Shown: positions 25,609-29,789 of the stretch, piece by piece
Position numbering within the stretch: the stretch's first letter is position 1
Layout of the letters: every line of letters starts with the position of its first letter
Assembly (NCBI GenBank): GCA_029858165.1
Contig: JAOUFO010000001.1
Coordinates: 1-29,789 of the forward strand
Length of the DNA: 29,789 bases
Reading direction: 5' to 3'
Source of the DNA: Deltaproteobacteria bacterium
Lineage (GTDB): Bacteria > SAR324 > JACQKK01
Made by a program: the position numbers and the translations under genes
The notes under the pieces: model-generated
What the model was told of the DNA's origin: nothing
Database searches by the model: none
The model's input: only the letters and a program-made list of their open reading frames with translations

Positions 25609-26558
25609 GAGCTTCCCCACGATGGATTGCCTGGGGCGAAAGCTGGTCCCGGTTTTGGTTTGGCCACCCTTCTCTGGCCACCTTGTCTTTGGTGAGGGTG
25701 GCCACGGGGGTGATGCTGTTTTACGCATTGTTTACTTACACCTTTGATTTGAACGGTCATCTTGGTGGCGGGGGGTGGGGGGACGCCGAGATACTCAAAA
25801 AATATGACACCCTGGCCTGGCCCTATTCCATATATTCCTGGGTTCACAGTGTTTACTGGGTGTGGGCAGTGCATGTTTTGGCCATGCTCATCGCGGCCAG
25901 CTTTATCATGGGGGTAAAGCCCGTTTTGACCGGCGGTTTGTCGGTGGTGTTTTATGGTTCCGCCCTGCACCAGAATCCCGGCGTGGTGGTGGAGATGGAT
26001 CAGGTGGTGCTGATGCTGCTGATTTATCTGACTCTGGCCCCCACCGGCAGCCATTTCGCTGTGCCGTCCCTGAGACAGTCCGGCCCTGGGGGATACCGGT
26101 GGGACCCCCCGGGGAACGATTCCCAATGGGGATCGTTTGTGTTGCGGTTGATGCAAATCCACTTGTGTTTGTTTTATTTTTTTTCGGCTTTAAACCGGCT
26201 GACCGATGAATGGCTGTTGGGCGCCCCCCTGTTGCACCCCCGCCTTGCGGAAAGGGGATACCCCCTGGGGGAAGGGTTTTTACAGGCCCATCCGGCGGCA
26301 GTGGTGATCCTGGCTTTTTCCCTGGTGGTGTTTCAACTGTTCTACGGGGTGTTTATCTGGGGGGACCGGGTGCGTTATCCTCTGGTGGGGCTGGCGGTTG
26401 TGCTTCATCTTGTGGTGGGGCTGGTATGGGGGGATTTGTCCTTTAATCTGATGATGGCAGCCTGGAACTGGGTGTTTCTTCCGGCTGATTGGGTGGAGGA
26501 TGGGAAGGATTGGGCCAAAAGCATGCTGGGCCTGCCCTGGTTTCCTCCTCAGGGATGA
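25605..26558 (+). CDS. HTTM-domain integral membrane protein (SdpB / vitamin K-dependent gamma-carboxylase-like)
   Basis: Multiple TM helices; LSLVRVATG, DQVVLMLLIYLTLAP, LRLMQIHLCLFYFFSALNRL...W..G, IW..R.RY...G...HL motifs of the HTTM family. Confidence 0.85.
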   Translation: MRASPRWIAWGESWSRFWFGHPSLATLSLVRVATGVMLFYALFTYTFDLNGHLGGGGWGDAEILKKYDTLAWPYSIYSWVHSVYWVWAVHVLAMLIAASFIMGVKPVLTGGLSVVFYGSALHQNPGVVVEMDQVVLMLLIYLTLAPTGSHFAVPSLRQSGPGGYRWDPPGNDSQWGSFVLRLMQIHLCLFYFFSALNRLTDEWLLGAPLLHPRLAERGYPLGEGFLQAHPAAVVILAFSLVVFQLFYGVFIWGDRVRYPLVGLAVVLHLVVGLVWGDLSFNLMMAAWNWVFLPADWVEDGKDWAKSMLGLPWFPPQG

Positions 26559-26650
26559 CCCGCCAGGGGTTGCGGCACAACCTTTTTTTCCCCACCCATG
26601 ATCCCCTGGGGGATGGCCCGGGAGTGCCGAAACATAGGATGGGGACTCCA

Positions 26651-26698
26651 CATAACTGCCGAAAGCCCCCCTTTTGATAAATAAACGGAAGGGGGGAT
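26651..26698 (+). repeat. Second, truncated copy of the left-edge repeat element
   Basis: cataactgccgaaagccccccttttgataaa (26651-26681) vs cataactgccaaaagctcccgttttgataaa (8-38): 28/31 identical. Both are followed by aaacg...gggggat. Confidence 0.85.
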
Positions 26699-26787
26699 GA
26701 GAAGAGGCCGGGTAAATTTCCTGATCCGGGTATACATTTTTCGTTGACAATTTTCACACTTTGCCCGCTTAATAATCTTTTGACAAA

Positions 26788-26860
26788 GCTGGCGTAGCTC
26801 AATTGGCAGAGCAGCTGTTTTGTAAACAGCAGGTTGCGGGTTCAAGTCCCTTCGCCAGCT
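26788..26860 (+). tRNA. tRNA-Thr (UGU)
   Basis: GCTGGCG/CGCCAGC acceptor, anticodon arm GCTGT-TTTGTAA-ACAGC, TTCAAGT loop; CCA not encoded. Confidence 0.96.
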
Positions 26861-27042
26861 CTGCCGAAGTGCTGGCGGGTTTTAGGGATAAAACAGCCGG
26901 GCAGGGACCTGTTCCAAACCACCCAATGGGTTTAAAACCGGACCCGGCGATGAATCACTCCGGCCGGGTTCGGATGGTTGACCAAAAGAAAAAACGAATG
27001 GTTGACCGAAACAGAATGGCCGGTACAGAATAACGGGCCAGC

Positions 27043-27124
27043 GGGGAGATACCCGAGCGGTCAAAGGGATCAGACTGTAAATCTGACGGCTACGCCTTCG
27101 GAGGTTCGAATCCTCCTCTCCCCA
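27043..27124 (+). tRNA. tRNA-Tyr (GUA)
   Basis: GGGGAGA/TCTCCCC acceptor, TCAGA-CTGTAAA-TCTGA arm, long variable arm, A73; CCA not encoded. Confidence 0.96.
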
Positions 27125-27310
27125 TAGGATTCACGGCTGAAAGCAAACAGCGGTGTGAGGTTGGCCAACAAGGCCTATCCTTAAAAAGGGGCCCCTTAAA
27201 CACAGGTTCCTTAGAAACGGCGGGTTCCTGAATAACGGGATCCTGAAAAACAGGCGGCCCCGCCAAAAACCGGCCACAGCCTGTAGGGGGAAGCCGCACG
27301 TTAAGGCCAG

Positions 27311-27382
27311 GCCCGGGTAGCTCAGTGGTAGAGCGCTTCCTTGGTAAGGAAGAGGTCGGCAGTTCAATCCTGCTCCCGGGCT
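27311..27382 (+). tRNA. tRNA-Thr (GGU)
   Basis: GCCCGGG/CCCGGGC acceptor, CTTCC-TTGGTAA-GGAAG arm; CCA not encoded. Confidence 0.96.
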
Positions 27383-27441
27383 CTCACGAGAAATCACCAA
27401 AAGACATCCAAATTTACCACCCATCAGCAATTCAGGGACAC

Positions 27442-27591
27442 ATGGCAGACACAATTCGGCTCCAATGCACAGAATGCAAGCGGGAAAACTACACCAGCCT
27501 GCGCAACAAAAAGAAAAACCCGCGCAAAGTGGAAAAAAACAAATACTGTAGATGGGATCGCAAACATACCCTGCACAAGGAAAGCAAATAA
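27442..27591 (+). CDS. rpmG: 50S ribosomal protein L33
   Basis: MADTIRLQCTECKRENYTSLRNKKKNPRKVEKNKYCRWDRKHTLHKESK (49 aa, CxxC...CxxD type). Confidence 0.96.
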   Translation: MADTIRLQCTECKRENYTSLRNKKKNPRKVEKNKYCRWDRKHTLHKESK

Positions 27592-27643
27592 TCCGGGCCG
27601 CGGGATCAACCGGATTGCGAATTCCAAAGGCAGGGTGCGTTAT

Positions 27644-27717
27644 AGGTCAGTAGCTCAATTAGGTAGAGCATCGGTCTCCAAAACCGAGGGTTGTGGGTTC
27701 AATTCCCTCCTGACCTG
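27644..27717 (+). tRNA. tRNA-Trp (CCA)
   Basis: AGGTCAG/CTGACCT acceptor, TCGGT-CTCCAAA-ACCGA arm, G73; canonical position between rpmG and secE; 3' CCA not encoded. Confidence 0.96.
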
Positions 27718-27786
27718 CTTACCCGGGGAGCCGGAAAACCAGGCAACATTGCTTTCCAAGTTATCCAAACAGTCAAAGGAGTGCCC

Positions 27787-27978
27787 GTGGGCATTTTTCG
27801 TTCAATCGGAAATTTTTTTTCGGATGTCCAGTCCGAATTCAAACGGGTGACCTGGCCCACCTGGGCCGAAACCAAAAACTCTACCGGGGTGGTGTTGGTT
27901 GTCACCTTGACGGTGGCCGCCATTCTTGGGGGGCTTGACGTGGGATTATCCGAAGCTGTGAAGCTGATCATCAAATAA
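27787..27978 (+). CDS. secE: Preprotein translocase subunit SecE (single-TM type)
   Basis: FFSDVQSEFKRVTWPTWAE motif plus one TM helix; GTG 27787 with AAGGA RBS 6 nt upstream. Confidence 0.95.
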   Translation: MGIFRSIGNFFSDVQSEFKRVTWPTWAETKNSTGVVLVVTLTVAAILGGLDVGLSEAVKLIIK

Positions 27979-27993
27979 GCAAGAAGGCACAGC

Positions 27994-28572
27994 ATGACGG
28001 AACAGACCAACATCCCGGATGACCTGAAACACCAATGGTATATCCTCCAGACCTATTCCGGTTTTGAAAACAGGGTAAAACAAACCCTGGAAGAAAAACT
28101 GAAATTGGAAAAACTGGAACACCTGGTGGAAGAAGTGCTGGTCCCCGGTGAAGATGTCACCCGGGTGAAAAACGGCAAGAAGCGCAAAGTGCATGTCATC
28201 TACTTTCCGGGATATCTGCTGATTAAAATGCACCTGACGGATGAGTTGTGGCATGTGTTGATGAACATCCCCAGGGTATCCGGATTTGTGGGGGGCAAAA
28301 GCAAAAATGAGCCCCACCCGTTGGAAGAAAGCGAATTGACCTTCATCCGCTCCCAGATGGATAAGGGGATTGCCCACACCGTGGTGCGCCAGGAGTTTGA
28401 GGTGGGCGAACAGGTGATTGTGATAGACGGCCCTTTTGCCAACTTCAGCGGAAAAGTTGACGAAGTGAACCTGGAAAAACACAAGCTCCGGGTTCTGATC
28501 AGCATTCTGGGGCGGTCCACCCCGGTGGAACTGGATTTTGACAAGGTGAAAACTCACCCGGATAACAAGTGA
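27994..28572 (+). CDS. nusG: Transcription termination/antitermination factor NusG
   Basis: WYILQTYSGFE, YFPGYLLIKM, KOW motif GEQVIVIDGPFANFSG, LGRSTPVELDF. Confidence 0.98.
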   Translation: MTEQTNIPDDLKHQWYILQTYSGFENRVKQTLEEKLKLEKLEHLVEEVLVPGEDVTRVKNGKKRKVHVIYFPGYLLIKMHLTDELWHVLMNIPRVSGFVGGKSKNEPHPLEESELTFIRSQMDKGIAHTVVRQEFEVGEQVIVIDGPFANFSGKVDEVNLEKHKLRVLISILGRSTPVELDFDKVKTHPDNK

Positions 28573-28601
28573 TCCACCCGTCAAACACCTGACCGGTTTG
28601 T

Positions 28602-28626
28602 CCCCCATAAATTGGGGGGGGCTTTT
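28602..28626 (+). terminator. Possible hairpin/terminator between nusG and rplK
   Basis: CCCCCA-TAAAT-TGGGGG stem, with TTTT a few nt downstream. Confidence 0.3.
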
Positions 28627-28706
28627 GCAGATGTTCGGAGAAGTCAACCCGCAGGCAGATATTCACAATTTAGAAATTGAGAAGCTAACAGAAAGAAGCA
28701 ATCCCC

Positions 28707-29132
28707 ATGGCAAAAAAGATAACCGCATTCATCAAGCTCCAAATTGTAGGCAACAAGGCAACCCCTTCGCCGCCGGTAGGCCCGGCCCTTGGCCCCCATG
28801 GTCTGAACATCATGGAATTCTGCAAGGCCTTTAACGCCAAAACCGCGCACCAGGATGGAACCATCATCCCTGTGGTGATCACGGTTTACGCGGACCGCTC
28901 CTTTACGTTTATCACCAAAACCCCCCCGGCGGCGGTGTTGATCAAAAAGGCCATCAATCTGGAAAAAGGGTCCAACGAACCCAACAAAAAGAAGGTAGGC
29001 AAAATTTCCAAAACCCAGATATCCGAAATCGCCAAAACCAAAATGGTGGATATGAACTGTTTCTCCCTGGAATCAGCCATTAAATCCATTTCCGGCACCG
29101 CCCTTTCCATGGGTGTGGAAATCACCGAATAG
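28707..29132 (+). CDS. rplK: 50S ribosomal protein L11
   Basis: [13 protein letters not shown]...[10 protein letters not shown]...[13 protein letters not shown]...FITKTPPAA...GTALSMG. Confidence 0.98.
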   Translation: MAKKITAFIKLQIVGNKATPSPPVGPALGPHGLNIMEFCKAFNAKTAHQDGTIIPVVITVYADRSFTFITKTPPAAVLIKKAINLEKGSNEPNKKKVGKISKTQISEIAKTKMVDMNCFSLESAIKSISGTALSMGVEITE

Positions 29133-29156
29133 CGCATCAAATCATCAGAGACAATC

Positions 29157-29789
29157 ATGGCTAAGCTGACCAAACGGCAAAAGAATTTTACCCCGCTGAT
29201 CGTTCGCAACAAAAAGCATTCTCTCGCGGACGCGGTGGGAATCATCAAAAAAACGGCCACTGCCAAATTTGATGAAAGCGTGGACCTGGCGGTCAAGCTG
29301 GGGGTGGACCCCCGAAAATCGGACCAGATGGTGCGGGGCACCTGCGAGCTTCCCAACGGCACCGGAAAAAAAGTGCGTCTGGTGGCTCTGACCAAAGGCC
29401 CCAAGGGCAACGAAGCCAAAGAGGCCGGTGCCGATATTGTGGGCGGAGATGACATTATCGCCAAAATTGAGGGCGGCTGGCTGGATTTCGACGTCCTGGT
29501 GGTGACCCCCGATATGATGGGCGCCGTGGGCAAAATCGGAAAAATTCTGGGTCCCCGCGGGTTGATGCCCAACCCCAAAAACGGCACGGTGGCCATGGAT
29601 TTGCCGACAGCCGTGGCCCGCATCAAAGCCGGTCAGGTATCCTTTAAGGTGGACAAGGCCGGGATTGTGCATGTGCCGGTGGGCCGGGCATCCTTTTCTG
29701 ATGAAAAACTGGCCGAAAATGTGCGGGCGCTGATGGAAACCGTGCGCAAGGTAAAGCCTTCCTCGGCCAAAGGGGTGTATCTCAAGTCT
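29157..29789 (+). CDS. rplA: 50S ribosomal protein L1 (3' end outside the window)
   Basis: Read from sequence: MAKLTKRQK...AKFDESVDLAVKLGVDPRKSDQMVRG...LPNGTGK...LGPRGLMPNPKNGTV...KVDKAGIVH; open to the window end. Confidence 0.98.
   Translation, partial: MAKLTKRQKNFTPLIVRNKKHSLADAVGIIKKTATAKFDESVDLAVKLGVDPRKSDQMVRGTCELPNGTGKKVRLVALTKGPKGNEAKEAGADIVGGDDIIAKIEGGWLDFDVLVVTPDMMGAVGKIGKILGPRGLMPNPKNGTVAMDLPTAVARIKAGQVSFKVDKAGIVHVPVGRASFSDEKLAENVRALMETVRKVKPSSAKGVYLKS

Noticed and set aside
26744-26776. sigma70 promoter for the tRNA cluster (TTGACA...TAATAAT)
   Set aside because: The -35 is perfect, but the nearest -10-like hexamer is 20 nt away. A promoter is likely nearby but cannot be placed.
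28627-28680. L1-binding autoregulatory leader upstream of rplK
   Set aside because: A GGAG is present, but I could not build the conserved L1 kink-turn-like fold convincingly by eye; it needs an Infernal search.
28707-29132. Unusual residues in L11 (IVGNKATP; GTALSMG instead of GTARSMG)
   Set aside because: Within plausible lineage divergence; no functional claim can be supported from sequence alone.

Overview
Mostly core chromosome of a GC-rich diderm bacterium. A Deltaproteobacteria/SAR324-like affinity is my impression from gene content and synteny, not a tested assignment. In order, the window holds: (i) a MITE/REP-like palindromic element at the left edge, a spermidine-synthase-like SAM-dependent transferase and a degenerate ABC-ATPase-like gene; (ii) an envelope cluster lolD-bamA-skp-fabZ-(Gfo/Idh/MocA, GnnA-like)-lptF, without lolC/E, lpxD, lpxA, lpxB or lptG; (iii) a large-type NAD-glutamate dehydrogenase that looks C-terminally truncated at a 31-bp-period duplication shared with a convergent C4 zinc-ribbon gene; (iv) tRNA-Ile2(CAU) and a minus-strand run uvrD-like helicase / GspE-PilB ATPase / sulfurtransferase / PPP phosphatase; (v) pyrD, usp, hisN; (vi) an accessory-looking block: Rrf2 regulator divergent from a secreted Cys-containing protein, a lipoprotein split by a 1-nt frameshift in a poly-C region, and an SdpA-like/HTTM (SdpB-like) membrane pair; (vii) tRNA-Thr/Tyr/Thr, rpmG, tRNA-Trp, secE, nusG, rplK and partial rplA, lacking the usual tRNA-Gly and tuf. 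No CRISPR array, integrase, transposase or rRNA was seen. Block (vi) is the best candidate for an undescribed system. All family calls come from motif recognition by eye; no database search was run.
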